64,000 nucleotides of DNA from Mobula hypostoma (taxonomy: Eukaryota). The stretch is from assembly GCF_963921235.1 (NCBI RefSeq), contig NC_086107.1, forward strand, positions 95,482,001 through 95,546,000, in the 5' to 3' direction. Numbering within the stretch: the first letter of the stretch is position 1; every line of letters starts with the position of its first letter. The notes under the pieces were generated by a model. The model ran no database searches, was not told the origin of the DNA, and saw only the letters and a list, made by a program, of their open reading frames with translations. This document shows, piece by piece, positions 25,300 through 39,000 of this stretch. Both the position numbers and the translations under genes were made by a program.

Positions 25300-26400
25300 A
25301 AACTGGCTGATAGGCTAGAACGTGTCTTTGTTAAGGAAGAGAATGTGCTGGAACTTTTGAAAAAGATTAGGATAGATGTCCCCAATACTGGATGGGATAT
25401 ATCCAGGTTACTATGGGAAGTGAGGGAAGAGTTTGCTGCGCTGTTGGCAATAACCTGTGTGTGCTGACTGGCCACAGGAGTAGTACCACATGATTGGAAG
25501 GTGGTAAATGTTACTCCTTTGTTCAAGAAAAGGAGTAGAGATAACCTTGAGATTATAGACCAGTGAGGTTTACTTCAGTGGTGGGCAAACTATTGGAGAA
25601 GATTCTTAACGGAGTCACGAGTATTTGGAGAAGCATAGACTAATTAAGGATAGTCTGCATGGCTTTATGAGGGCAGGTCATGCCTGATGAGCCTGATTGA
25701 ATTCTTTGTGGATGTGACTAAGCACATTGAATATGGCAGTGCAGTGGATGTGTGTATGGATTTTAATAAGGCGTTTGCAAAGGTTCCCCATGGTAGGCTC
25801 ATTCGGAAGGTCAGGAAGTATGGGCTCCAGGGAAATTTGCTGTGTTGATACTGAATTGTCTTGCCTGTAGAAGGCAGAGTGTGGTTGTCGATGGAGTGTA
25901 TTCTGCCTGGAAATTGGTGACCAATGGTGTTTGGCGGGGAGCTGCTCTGGAACTGCTGCGTTTTGTGATTTTTGTAAATGACTTGGATAAGGAAGTGGAA
26001 AGGTGGGTTAGTAAGTTTGCAACTGACATGAAGGTTGGTGGACAGTGTAGAAGTGGACATTATTGATAGGATGCAGAGCTGGCTGAGAAGTGGCAGATGG
26101 AGTTCAATCCTGAAAAATGAAATGGTTTACTTTGAAAGGTTGAATTTGAAGTCAGAATGCAGTTAATGGCAGGGATCTAACATGAGGGAGCATAGTTGTG
26201 AGTGGATAGGAGGAAAATATAAGGGGGCTATCAGAGGAAGGTTTTCTTGTGCAGAGTTTTGAGTACATGTAATGCACTGTCATGAGTGGTGGTAGATACA
26301 CATGCATGATACAAAAATGGAGGGAAGGGTTAGCTTAGAATAGGTTAAAAAGTTGGCACAACATTGTGGGATGAAGGGTTTGTACTGTGCTGTAATATTC
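25300..26400 (+). mobile_element. Old CR1 RT and 3' remnant
   Basis: Decayed DWKVVNVTPLFKK, DFNKAF and SKFATD motifs, with a CR1-like 3' end. Confidence 0.8.
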
Positions 26401-26723
26401 TGTATTTACCTCATTTTTTTTTGTATCCACTTGTGCATATGAGGAGGAACTCCACTTTGACTTTAGTAATTTGCTTTCAGTGCCCCATGAAAACTAGAAC
26501 TTCTCATGGTGCTGTAGCAAGGTGACAGATACCTATTTTTTTAAATTAGACTTGTTGGATGTTCTGAAATTATTGCTTACTTTGCACTGTTTTGCAGTGG
26601 AATTTCAGGGCCACCATTTTATATTCCTTAACCATTCTATGCAAGTGCTTTCGCTACAGAAATTGTGGGGTTTTTGAATTAATGTTGGTTAGCATTTCAT
26701 TTAAAAATGATATATTTTTCCAG

Positions 26724-26790
26724 ATAAGAAATCTGATGCATCATCAGGACAGCTGGAGGGATATGGGGGTGAAGTGAACAGAGGAAGCCT
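26724..26790 (+). CDS. KASH5: Coding exon B (67 nt): (D)KKSDASSGQLEGYGGEVNRGS(L)
   Basis: Acceptor tatttttccag and donor gtgagt. LEGYGGE resembles the LE(S/A)FGG(E/D) motif that precedes the coiled coil in KASH5/LRMP. Phase is compatible with both neighbours. Confidence 0.85.
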
Positions 26791-27314
26791 GTGAGTATCT
26801 GCTTAACAACAGAGAGAGTCTTTTGGTCATCCAAGAATTTAATAGTTTCACTATTGGCAATCTTCTTTTCAGGAGCTAACTTTAGTATTCCTTCCCCAAT
26901 ACTGCTTCCTTAATCAATTTCCTTTAAAATATACATCAAAATATACCTTCTGATCATCTGTCCCAAGATTGTCTGAACCAAGTCTGTTCTAATTTTGTTA
27001 ACTATGTTTATATGCAGATGGGTTTGTGCAAATGAGTAAATTGAATATACCCCTTTTCTCTCTGTGTAATTATATTCTTTTGGGAATGGGTAATTCAGGA
27101 TCACTGGAGAATTCTATCTTTTCTTTGAATAGGCATATTTTAATTTTATGCATTGATTTATAAATCAATTTATTCAAGAAAAATGATCAAATTTGCAATT
27201 GCATAGAATCATCCTCTTCAGATAATTAAAAATAGAGAGAAAATCAAAATTATTTGTAGTAACTGCAAAATTTATGTTAATGATGGTCTAAGGTTAAATT
27301 TTCTTTTTCTAAAG

Positions 27315-27473
27315 CGAGACAACTGAGCTGATCAATGATATTGAGTGTCTGGAGTACACAAATAGGAAGTTGATGGATCAAAATGCAAAACTACAGAGAA
27401 CAGTAGAAGGGTTTGAGGAAGCAAATGTACGGCTGACCGAGGAAATCTACGAATTGAAAAACAAACTGAAAAG
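27315..27473 (+). CDS. KASH5: Coding exon C (159 nt): ETTELINDIECLEYTNRKLMDQNAKLQRTVEGFEEANVRLTEEIYELKNKLK(S)
   Basis: Acceptor ttctttttctaaag and donor gtagct. Open frame with a heptad pattern, resembling the start of the KASH5 coiled-coil domain (NxxLxxxNAKLQR...RLxEEI). Confidence 0.9.
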
Positions 27474-28579
27474 GTAGCTTGAAATAGAGTTGGAATGAAA
27501 AAAATCATATTTTGTGGCAGGATGAAATTCCAAGTTATTAGAAGATATTGGTATATAATGTGTCAGTGAACTTTATTGTCACAATTGCTTGATTATTATA
27601 TAGTATGTATGGAAGACCTATTCTTAATTATTTGAATGGTAAGATTAATTTTTCCCAATTTCTTCAAAGGAAGTCACCCCTGAATATTGTAGGGCTGACT
27701 GTTCTGACTTGATTTACACAAAGTTCAAGAGGAGATTAATTGAAATATAAGGAGCTGTAATACTGAAACTGCATGTGATATGCATTCACTGCTCCTTCAG
27801 ATGTCTAGCAATATGCACACCATCTATAGTAAGACACCAGATTCAAAGCAGCCATGGCCAGGAAGTATGGTATATTTGGCATGGCAATAAAGCCATCTTT
27901 ACCCCTGAAAAGAAAACACAAAGACCACACAATCCACAAAGAATATGGTTTACTACACTGGAGGATCAAATTTATATTTAATGGAACTCCTTTTGAGAAA
28001 GAAAGGAAATACTGTACTTATTGGAATTTGTAAAGTTCTTAGAGTTGATTGCTGGTTTAAAACTGCCAGAGAGAATTGGTTGCACAAAGATTGAAAAATT
28101 TGCCTTTCCTTAAAGACTCAAAGAATTAAAGGTTTAAGATAGTTGTCGCTCTTCAGATTGGGTGAAACCAGAAATGAGCTTCTGGTTATTTCACATTTAG
28201 AGGCCCATAATTAGCGGTGTGCCACAGAGTTCAGTACCTTCCCCATTGTTGTCTGTCATATCAATGATTTGGATAAGAATGTCAAGGCATGGCTAGTAAG
28301 CTTGCCGATGACACTAAAATAGATGGTAAGGTGGACAATGAAGAAGATTATCAAAGCCCTAAGGGGGATTTTGATTGGCTGAGTAAGTGGGCCAAGGAAT
28401 GGAAATAGATGTTAATTTGTGTAAGTGTGAGTTGCTGCGTTTTGGAAAGTCAAATTGTGTTAGGACTTTCACAGTGAGCAGCAGGACCCTGGGGAATAAC
28501 AGAAAATAAATTTTAAGCAACACACAGAAAAGTTGCTGGTGAATGCAGCAGGCCAGGCAGCATCTATAGGAAGAGGTAC

Positions 28580-28615
28580 AGTCGATGTTTCGGGCCAAGA
28601 CCCTTCGTCAGGACT
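28580..28615 (-). ncRNA. Minimal hammerhead-ribozyme motif in a Penelope pLTR fragment (about 28505-28617)
   Basis: The reverse strand reads AGUC CUGACGA AGGGUCUUGGCCC GAAA CAUC GACU: both core boxes, stem I AGUC/GACU and stem II GGG/CCC. Confidence 0.7.
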
Positions 28616-29449
28616 AAGTTACGATAGTAAATTGTTTCCAGAAGTCCCTGTGTATGGAACTTATTTTTCTGTCATCCAGGTTTGGGAAGAAGTTGACACA
28701 GCCATCTCTTTTCTACAGCATGCATATGGGCAACCCTTTTCTTTTACATTGACCAAGTATTACACCTGTGTTTGGCAGTTTATGTGGGTGACTCTTTTAC
28801 CGGTTTTTCTGTTATTCTTTATGGTCTGACCTTGCTGATGCTGTTTTCAATATGCTGCTTCTTGTTCATGCTCTATGGTGTTGCTTCCTTCAAAAATGTC
28901 CCTTTGATTAACTGCAGCACTCTAAATTTCCCTCCTTTGAGTAGTGAAAACTGAATGTCAGCAATGGTTCTGTTCTAAGTCTCTATCAGATGCAATTTTT
29001 TTTTATTGAAGATTTTGCCAGCTGTGTTTACGTGGGAAACTCACTCCGCTGCTAATTTATTTAGAGCTTAAGACTCAGCCTCGGTTATGCAGTTGTTTCA
29101 GCATTTGAGGGAAAGAAAAGATTGAAAACATAGTATGTTAATGACATAAAACATTTAAACAGTATGCATAGCTGATGGCAACTTCAGTTTAGAGATTGTT
29201 GGTAGGGAAATGATATGTGACTGGATATTTCATATGCTTTTGTACAAGACAGGAAAATGTGTCCATATTTTACACCTCTCAGTGTTCTGCCCATTCTAGA
29301 GGGAAAATTGTTGAGTTTTGGTGTATCTTATTTCCAGATCAAACAAAAATCTGGAATTATGTTACCTTTCTGGTTATGAGAGTCAAGTCATATTCTCAGT
29401 AGCAACCCTCAACCGTTCATTGTTAACTAATACTTGTTATTCTTTGCAG

Positions 29450-29567
29450 CTGCCAGCAAATAACAGTGCACGTAAGATTACTTGAGAATGAATTAGAGGA
29501 TTTGAAAACCATTATGAAAAATCTAGAGGACAGAAATTGTAAGCTGCAGACTCAAAAGCGGCAATTG
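29450..29567 (+). CDS. KASH5: Coding exon D (118 nt): CQQITVHVRLLENELEDLKTIMKNLEDRNCKLQTQKRQL
   Basis: Acceptor ttattctttgcag and donor gtacgt. The ELEDLKT motif is as in KASH5. Phase 2 to phase 0 fits the neighbours. Confidence 0.9.
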
Positions 29568-30491
29568 GTACGTATTTATAAGCATTAATTAGTCTAATTA
29601 AAACCTCAAAACTCTGGTCTGAGTGACTTAAATTCCTCTCTGGATTGAATTTATTTTTGTCAAATTTTAAAACAGATGCCTAACCTCAATGTTTCATGCT
29701 GCTCCATTGATTTACGCAGGGTATGATAGCATAGACGACAGCTTTTTACTACTATTATTACTGAATATTGAAAGACCTAGATGGAGTGGATGTGCAGAGG
29801 ATGGTTGTTTCCAATAGTGGGCGAGTCTAGCATCGGATGTCCCTTAGAACAGAGTTAAGGACGACTTTCTTTGGCCAGAGGGTGGTGAATCTGTGGAATT
29901 CATTGGGTGTGAAGGAGAAGGAGAAGACATTTGGTATATTTAAAAATGAGGTTGATAGGTTCTTAATTAGTAAGGGTGTCAAAGGTTGCGTGGAGTAGGC
30001 AGGAGAATGGGGTTGAAGGGGGAAGTAAATCAGTCATGAATGAATGGCAGAATAAACTCATTGGCCAAATGACCTAATTCTGCTCCTATGTATTATAGTC
30101 TATTTGTCATTTGTCAGCAGGTTATTTGGTAAGAAAAATACTGTTGTATCAATTCTGTCCTTGGCACCCACAGCTGAGAGATCAATCATAAATAAAGACT
30201 GAAGACTCAAATGAAATAATAAGCAGATTTTGCAAAGAAGATACAGCACACTCAAGCATTGAGGGAAATTAGTACAGTACTGTTCTGATCTGTGCTAGAG
30301 ATAATGATCAAGACTTGTTATTACTGCCATCATCAAACTGGATGTAAAGCACCTGCGTCAGAGTTGTACAATCCATGGCGGAATGCCCTGACTTCATTTG
30401 CAAAAATTGTTATTTTTGCCTTAATTGGATTTCTGCTGATGGAAGTGCAATTTTCTAATAAAGAGCATGACCATTCTTGTTTATATAACAC

Positions 30492-30590
30492 CTGCCATGC
30501 CGAAGGGTCTTAGCCTGAAATGTTGACTGTACTTTTTTCCATAGATGCTGCCTGGTCTGTTGAGTTCCTCCAGCATTTTGTATGTGTTGC
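30492..30590 (+). mobile_element. 99-bp Penelope pLTR fragment with an 11-bp TSD
   Basis: ttatataacac at 30481-30491 and 30591-30601. Contains a decayed hammerhead (catgccgaagggtcttagcctgaaatgttgact). Confidence 0.85.
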
Positions 30591-30639
30591 TTATATAACA
30601 CTTCTATTGCAGAAGAATTGTTCACAGCATTAGCTTGAT

Positions 30640-33600
30640 GACAGGCTTCTGTAATTGTTAACTATTGGAGGAGTTGCTGCTGAGTCCTTTGCTGTTTGTG
30701 ACATGTACTAATGACCTAGATGTGAAAGTAAAAGGGATGATTAGTAACTTTAAAGATGACCTAAAATTGTTCCTGTTGTGTGGATAAGGCTTCATCAGGA
30801 TATAGACAGATAGAAACTTGAGTAGAATATTGGCAGATGGATCTTTAATCCCGACAAGTGCAAAGCATGCATTTTGGGAAGTCAGGTAGAGGTAAATGGC
30901 TAAGGTATGAAGGAATATTGACAAGCAGAAGGACCTTGGGATTCAAGTCCCACTCTTTAAGAAAGGAGGGAGGCAAAAGGCAAGAAATTGTAGGCTAGTT
31001 AGAACCTATCCTAATGTCCTATAAATATTTTACCTGCTCCAATCACTTCTAGCAGTTTGTTCCATATACTCAGCACCCTCTGCATGGAGGAGTTGCCCCT
31101 CGGTCTTTTTCAATCTGTCAATGGTATTGCTAGAGTCCAGATGGACAATATCCTCTGCTTGACCCTCATCTACCTTTTAGGTACATCTTCATTAAAAAAC
31201 TCTCACCGAATTTTGTTACGTGATTTCCCATGTACAAAGCCATGCTGATTATCTCTAATCAGTCTGTGTCTATCGAATTGCTGATAGATCCTGACTCTCA
31301 GAATCCCATAACCACTGATGTCAGGCTCACCAACCTGTAGTCCCTAGGCCTGTCTTTTCTGTCTCCAGTTTTCTGGAACTTCGACCACTAAAAATCATTA
31401 AAGATGAAGCAAATATCTGCAGGGCCTTGCGATTTCTTCCCTAGCTTCCTAGGAAGACAGACGATGCACTTGGGGATTTAAACATCTTAGTGTAAGACTG
31501 CTTAGCAATTCCTGTATGGTTCTTTAGCTTCCAGTTAGCCTTTAGATGACCCCTGCATGAATGATTTGGACTTAGCAATACCAGCTGCTCCTAATCTACT
31601 TTCCCCAGCTCCTGCCTTATATTGTTGCAATTAACCTTTCCCTGTGTATGATTCTCTAGTTAAGATTATCCATAACTATCTGTAAATTAACTGTATCTCT
31701 TCTCAAAGTGCTCTCCCACTGAAAAATCAATCACCTGGTCTGGTTCACTTCCCAATAGAAAGTCTTGCATGGCCTCTTCGCTGGTTGAGTTATCTATACT
31801 GTGTGAAGAAACCCTCCTGGATGCACCTAACAAATTCTGCCCCTTTTTAGCCTCTGGCACTAAGGGAGTCTGAGACAAAAATGGGAAAATCATTACATCT
31901 TTCCATAATTAATTATATATTATTGCTGGTTATTGGGAAAATTTTAGCGTAATCTCATCACAGTGACCTTTCTTGTTCCTGAGCTCTACCCATATTGCTT
32001 CACTGTATGGGTCCTCTAAAATGTCCTCTGTGCTACTTTGACATTCTCCCTGAATAGTGCAACTTTCCCACCTCTTTTACATCCCCTTCTATTATCATAT
32101 TTAACATCTGAACTGTTGAATTACACAGAATCACCACCCTTTGACTAAATATATTCATCTTAATCTCTGTTCTAAAGGGACGTCCTTCTGTTTTAGGTCT
32201 GGTCCTTCTAGTCCATAAGATATAAGAGCAGAATCAGCCCATCAAGTTCACTCTGCCATTTCATCATGGCTGATCTTGGATCCCATTCAACCCCATACAC
32301 CTGTCCTTTCACCATATCCCTTGATGCCCCAACCAATCAGTGATCTATCAACTGCCACTTTGAATATACTAATGGACTTGACCCCCACTGCAGTCTGTGG
32401 CAGAGCATTTCACAGATTTGCCGCTCTTTAGCTAAAAAAATTCCTCGCTTCCGTTCTAAAAGGGGTCACCCCCTCAATTTTGAGACTGTGCTCTCTCGTT
32501 CTGGATACTCCTACCAGAGGAAACATCTTCTCCACACCACCTTATCTCACATCTTTAAGTCCTAGAATCTCTCACTAATGGAAGCATTCTCTCTATGTTC
32601 ACTCTATCTAGGCCCTTCAATATTCAATGAAATAGTTCCTTATTCTTCTAAACTCCAATGAGTATAGGCCCAAGCCATCAAATGCTCCTCATGTGTTAAC
32701 CCATTTGTTCCTGGGATCATTCTTGCAAACATCCTCTGGACCTTCTCCAATGCCAACACATTCTTTCTATGACTTGGGGGCCGAGCAATGAGCAGTTTGA
32801 TGGGGCTGGGCTTGAACTTGGGGAGTTTCGAAGAAGGAGGGGGATCTTATTGAAACCTACGAATATTGAAAGGCCTAGGTAGAGTAGACGTAGAGAGGAT
32901 ATTTCTTAAGGTGGAGCAGAGGGCATGGCCTCAGAATAGAAGGCCATCCCTGTAGAACAGAGATGAGGAGGAATTTCTTCAGCCAGAGGACGGTGAATCT
33001 GTGGAATTCAAGTCATTAGGTATATTTAAAGTGGAAGCTGATAGGTTCTTGATTAGTTATGGTGTCAAAAGGTTACAGAGAGAAGGCAGGAGAATGAGGT
33101 TGAGAGAGGGATAATAAATCAGCCATGATGGAATGGCGGAACAGACTCGATGGGTCAAATGGCTTAATTCTGCTCCTGGTATATCATGTGGTCTTAAAGC
33201 CTCAGAATTACATAAACACGAGGAAATCTGCAGATGCTGGAATTTCAAGCAACACACATAAGAGTTGCTGGTGAACGCAGCAGGCCAGGCAACATCTCTA
33301 GAAAGAGGTATAGTTGATGTTTCGGGCCGAGACCCTTCGTCAGGACTAACTGAAAGAAGAGCTAGTAGGAGATTTGAAAGGGGGAGGGGGAGATCCGATC
33401 CCTCCCCCTCCTGTCTTCTCCTATCATATCGGAGAATTACGTCCTTGCTTTTTATATTCTAGTCCTCATGAAATGAATGCTAATACTGCATTTACCTTCC
33501 TTACTACCAACTCAACCTGCAATTTAAACTTAAGGGAATCCTGCATTAGCCCTCCCAAAGACCTTTGTATCTCCGATTTCTGAAATTTCTCCCGATTTAG

Positions 33601-34460
33601 AGAATAGTCTGCGCCTTTATTCCTTCTACTAAAGTGTATGACCATACACTTCACTACACTGCATTTCATCTGCCCCTGAATTTGTCAATTATCCTGAACT
33701 GTCCAGATCCTTCTGCAGGTTCTCTTCAATGCTACCTGTCCCTCCAGCTATCTCTGTATCAGCTGCAAACTGGTCACAAAGCTATCGTTTCCATCATCTA
33801 GATCTTTAACATATAATGTGAAAAGTAGTGGACCCAACATCAGTCTGTACACATCACCATTAGTCACTGTCAGCCAACCAGAAAAAGTCCCATTTATTAC
33901 CACTTTTTGCCTTCTGCCATTCAGCCCACTATCTGTGTTAACCTAACCTGGCCTGTCTTTCCTTTCAGCCTTACTTGAACTGACCTCTGCCATCTTATTT
34001 CTTGCCTCACTAGCATGCGGCACAGGGGGTAATCCTGAGATTTTTTTTTACTTGCCCAAGTCCCTAAATTCTCTTTCCTGCTTATGTTGTCAGTACCATT
34101 ATGAACTATAACCTCTAGCTGTGTATCTTCCTCTTTCAGGATATCCTATTCCCACTCAGTTGGCTTTGAGCCTGCTACCAGGAAGGCTGGAGACTCGCAC
34201 GTGGCCACAGTAATTATTTCTGAGAACTTGACTAAAGGGCCCCCTTTTACTATTGCTTGCCTGGTCTTTGACCTAGTCTGGTGCAAATCAGAGCCATTCT
34301 GGTACCACTGGTCTACCTGCTACTGTCCCTTCCTCCTGAGAGGCTGTCCCCCAATGGTATTCAAAAGGGTATGCCTATTTGAGAGGGGAACAGCCACAGA
34401 AGGATCCCATACTATGTACTCTCCCTCTCGATACTCACCCACCTTACTGAACATTTAGTT
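30640..34460. repeat. Cluster of old CR1 fragments on both strands
   Basis: Recurrent decayed CR1 motifs, e.g. aggaatttcttcagccagagg..gtgaatctgtggaattc at about 32970 and VELVVRKVNAVLAFIS on the minus strand at 33466-33669. Confidence 0.7.
33312..33347 (-). ncRNA. Minimal hammerhead-ribozyme motif in a Penelope pLTR fragment (about 33211-33427)
   Basis: The reverse strand reads AGUC CUGACGA AGGGUCUCGGCCC GAAA CAUC AACU. Confidence 0.68.
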
Positions 34461-34524
34461 CTACTGTACTTTAATAAAATAAAAAGGAAAACAAAACTTT
34501 CTCTATGAAATCTATCTTCAACAG

Positions 34525-34575
34525 GAAAAAGACCATCAGAATCTGAGTGCAAGCATCAGTCAGCTTCAAGAAGAG
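34525..34575 (+). CDS. KASH5: Coding exon E (51 nt): EKDHQNLSASISQLQEE
   Basis: Acceptor tctatcttcaacag and donor gtgagc, phase 0-0. EK...LQEE is followed by NGKL in the next exon, as in KASH5. Confidence 0.88.
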
Positions 34576-35420
34576 GTGAGCTCCTAGAACTGAAAGATGC
34601 GTTTGGAGGATTAGTATGACTAGTGCATCTCCTGCGGTTATAATAAGTTGAAAAATAGGATATATTTTGTAATAAAGATGTTGGGCCACTTAACTCGCAA
34701 TATCTTGGGAGAGTGAATTTAAATTGAAATACAAATAAAACTTGCTTTTGTACAAGACATGAACTGGAATTCATGTTTTAATGTACAAGGCACATTTTTA
34801 GCAGTAGAGGCCAGTTACCTCCCAACAGTAAATTGCTCATCCCCACCACCAGCTTTTTTTGTGATAGGAGTGGTGTAAAAAGCAGAAGGAACCTACAAGT
34901 GGTTATAAAAAAAGGACCAATGTAAATACAGAGAAACTCTGATAATCTGCTATGTTATCAATGGGAAATCACATTAGTGTGGCATCTTCCTCACCAGGTG
35001 ATTTTTGCACTTTCCACTGGCCAGTGCCACAGCTCTTACATTCACCAGCCACGGGCTGGTGGACTTGCTTTAAAGTTGCCTGGTTCGGTTGGCCACACTT
35101 GCTTTAAACTCTAGGTTTATTGAAATATTACTGTATAATGTACCTTTTTAAAAAATTGATTTAGAAGTGTGCTGGAATATTAATTAAATAACATCTGATA
35201 TTCTGGAAAATCATAATTCTCTTAGTTTTAAGATATTATTGAAGAGAATAGGCCACAGGTCCACAGGTTAGGATCCTAAACTGGAGCAGAGCTAATTTTG
35301 GGGGAAATAGGCAGTATCTACTGCAGTAGAAGTTGATAAGTTTGAAAGAAAAGGAATAAACGACAAGAGGGAGGATTTTATGAGTGACACCTGGAGTCCA
35401 TTAGCAGCATGTTTTTTTTT

Positions 35421-36008
35421 AGATTAGATTATGAGGACACGCAGTCCTCTTTTATTGTCATTTAGTAATGCATGCATTAAGAAATGATACAATGTTTTTC
35501 CAGAATGATATCACAGAAACACATGACAAACGGACTTAAAAATTGACAAAAACCACATAATTATAACATCTAGTTACAACAGTGCAAAGCAATACCGTAA
35601 TTTGATAAGAACAGACCATGGGCACGGTAAAAGTCTCAAAGTCTCTCGAAAGTCCCATCACCTCACGCAGACTGTGAATCTCCAGCGCCGCAAACTTGCC
35701 GATGCAGTATCCTGGTAGCAGCTGACCACAGTCTGACTCCGAATCTGTCGGAAAACTTCAAGCCTCCGACACCGAGCACCAGCTCTGCCGAGTGCTTCGA
35801 CCCTGGCCCCGGCAGCAGGCAGTAGGCAAAGTCCAGGATTTGGGGCCTTCTCCTCCAGAGATTCTTGATCGCACAGTAGCAGCGGCAGCGAAGTGGGCAT
35901 TTCAGAAGTCTCTCCAGGAGTTCCTCCGTGCTTCTCACGGCTGTCTCCATCAAATCAGGATTGTGCACGGCCCCCAGTTAACACATACGATGTCATTGGG
36001 AACGGCCG
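35421..36008 (-). mobile_element. GC/CpG-rich non-coding retroposon-like insert with a (taatc)n tail
   Basis: The agattagatt tail and tttatt poly(A)-signal complement are at the left end. The GC-rich body differs from the flanking old CR1. Family not identified. Confidence 0.5.
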
Positions 36009-36009
36009 A

Positions 36010-39000
36010 ATGTATATTCGGAAGTATAGGGGAAATCTGGCCATATTGTGGAAACTTGGCAAACAAATGATATTGAAGCTCAGGTCAAGAAAAAGAAGGA
36101 AATATACATTGGGTTTACATTGGGAAGCTCAGGGATGTGCGAATCCCTTGATAATGATAAAAAGATTAAGAATACACTTAAGGAAATCAGGAGGGTAAAA
36201 AGAGGGAATGAGGTGGATCTGGTAGGCAATAGTAAGGAAATCCTGAGGTTCTCAGAGTACAATGCTGGGAAGGAAGGGAGTAGGTCCCCTTAAAGATCAA
36301 CAAGGCCACCTGCATCTTGAGCCACAGGAAATAGATAGGGTTTTTAACAAATATTTCTTCTCCGTGTTAACTGAGGAGAAAATCATGGTTACTTAAGAGA
36401 TAAGGGAACAAGTTGAGAGGCTTTGGAGAGCATCCATTGTACCAGACAGGAAGAAGTTACCGTACCGAAGCACATTAAGATGGATAAATTCCTGGGCTGA
36501 GTGCATCCTTCTACTTTGTGGGAGGCGAGAGAAGAAATTAAGGAGGTATTTGCTTCATCATGAGCCACTTTGTTAGAGTGGGGAGTTGAGGTTTTGATCG
36601 ATATGGGCTTCGGTGAGGAAAGGCAGAGACTGTAGGTAGATAGTTTTCTTTTGGCACAATTAGGGCAGTGGAAATGCCAGCAAGATAGTATAATGCTCCT
36701 CTTGTGAAGCAGAGAGACCTCCAGTATCTCTGATGACTATTCCAGCAATAAGTGCATCCAGTAGCAACTTTGTACCAGCTGTATTAAGGTATTGGAGTTG
36801 GAGCTAGATGAACTTTGGATCATTCATGAGACTGAAGGATTGATTGACATGCAATACAAGGAGGTAATTACAGCTAAGGTGTAGTACGCATAACTGGGTG
36901 ATTGTTGGCAAGGGAAAATGGGATAGGCAGCAAGTAAAAGGTACCCCTGTGGCTGTTCCCTCAATAACCACTATACTAGTTTGGATTCTGTTGTTGGTGG
37001 GGGAGGGGGAGGGTAGAGATGGTAGCAGAGGAAAGCCACAGTGGTCAGGTCTCTGGCACTGATTCTGGCTCTGTGGCTCAGAGGGGGGAGGGGGAGAAGA
37101 GGCAAGCTGTAGCGATAGACGGTTCAGTGCTTAAGGGAACAGATAGAAAGTTCTGTGGACGAGAACAATATTTCCAGATGGAATGTTGCCTCCAGGGTGT
37201 CAGGGTCAGGGACATCTTGGATCAAGTCCATAGTATTCTTAAATGGGAGAGTGAGCAGCCAGAAGTCACGGGACGTACCAATGACATGAGTTGGAAGGGT
37301 GACAAAGTTCCTGCAAAGTGAGTTCAGGGAGTTAGGTGCGAGTTAAAGGACAGGACCTCCAGGGTTGTGATCAGGATTACTACCCATGGCATATGCCAAT
37401 GAGGCCAGAAATAGGAAAATAATACAGTTTAGCAGATGGCTAAGGATATGGTGCTGGAGGGAGGACTTCAGATTTTTGGATTATTTTGCTCTTTCCAAGA
37501 AGGTGGGAGCTGTACAGATGAAACAGTTTGCACGAACTGGGAGGGGTGGAACTAATGTTTTTATGGGAAGGTTTGCAAGTGCTACTTGTGGGGGGGGGGG
37601 GAGGCGTGGTTGGTGTTTAAACTAGAATTGCAGGGGGATAGGAACAACTCTACCAGAGCTTATGACAGGAACTCCCATACTGTAAAAGAACTGAATGGGA
37701 TAGAGTTTCTCAAATGTGTTTGGGAAAGTTTCTTTTATCAATATATAGAGGACCCAACTAGAGTGAGTGTGATACTAGATCTATTAGGGAATGAGACAGG
37801 ACAAGTACATGTAGGGAAGCACTTTGCATCTAATGATCATAATGCCATTAGTTTTAAGATGATTGTGGAGAAGGGTAGGTCGAGTCCTGAGTTAAGATTC
37901 TAAATTGGAGAAAGGCCAGTTTTGATGGTATCAGAAATAATCTGGCAAGTGGGGATCAGGACAGGTGGTTTTTTGGCAAAGGCGTGCTTGTTAAGTGGGA
38001 AGCCTTCAAAAGTGAAATTTTGAGAGTACAGAGTTTGTATTTTCCTGTCAGAATAAAAGGCAAGACTAACAGTCTTATGGAATCTTGGTTGTTAAGAGAT
38101 ATTGGGGCTCTGGTTAAAAAGAAGAAGGAGATGCATTGTGGTTACAGGTAGGCAAGTTGCAAATGAGGCACTCAAGGAGTATAAGAAATGCAGGAGGACA
38201 CTTAAGAAGGAAATCAGGAGGGTTAAAATAGGGCATTAGGTTGCTCTGGCAGACAAGGTGAAGGAGGATCCCAAGGGCTTCTACAGAATATTAAGGGCTA
38301 AAGGATAGCAAGGGACAAAATTGGTCCTCTTGAAGATCAGCGTAGTCATCTGTGCTTAGAGCCAAAAGAGGTAGGGGAGATCCTAAAAGGATTTTTTGCA
38401 TCTGTATTTACTTGTAAGAGAAGGAAGTCTGGAAAATAGCTAATGTTATTTCATTATTTAAGAAAGGTTCTAAGAATAAACTAGGAAATTATTGGCCAGT
38501 GAACCTGACACCTTTGGATGGTCAATGAAGGGAAGGTAGTTCACATTGTCTAGATGAACTTTAGTAAGGCATCTGACAGGGTCCTGCATGAGAGGTTGAT
38601 CAAGAAGGTTTAGTTGTTTGGCATTTAGGATAAGGTAATATATTGGATTATCCATTGGCTTCATGGGAAAAGCCAGAGAATGGAGGTAGATACCATGTTG
38701 AAATGGCGAAGCAGACTCGATGGGCTGAATAACCTAATTCTACTTCCATGTCTTATGGTTACCTTTTGGACTGGAGGCCTGTGACTAGTAATACGTGGCA
38801 AAGATTGGTGCTGGGTCCATGGCTGTTTGTCATCTGTATGAAAAATCTGGATGATAATGTGGTATTTTAGATAATCAGATTTGCAGATTACATCAAGATT
38901 TGGGGTGTAGTGGACAACGAGGAAGCTATCAAAGCCTTCAGAATCTGCACCAGCTGGAAAAAGGGGCAGAAGAATTACAGATGGAATTTAATGAAGGCAA

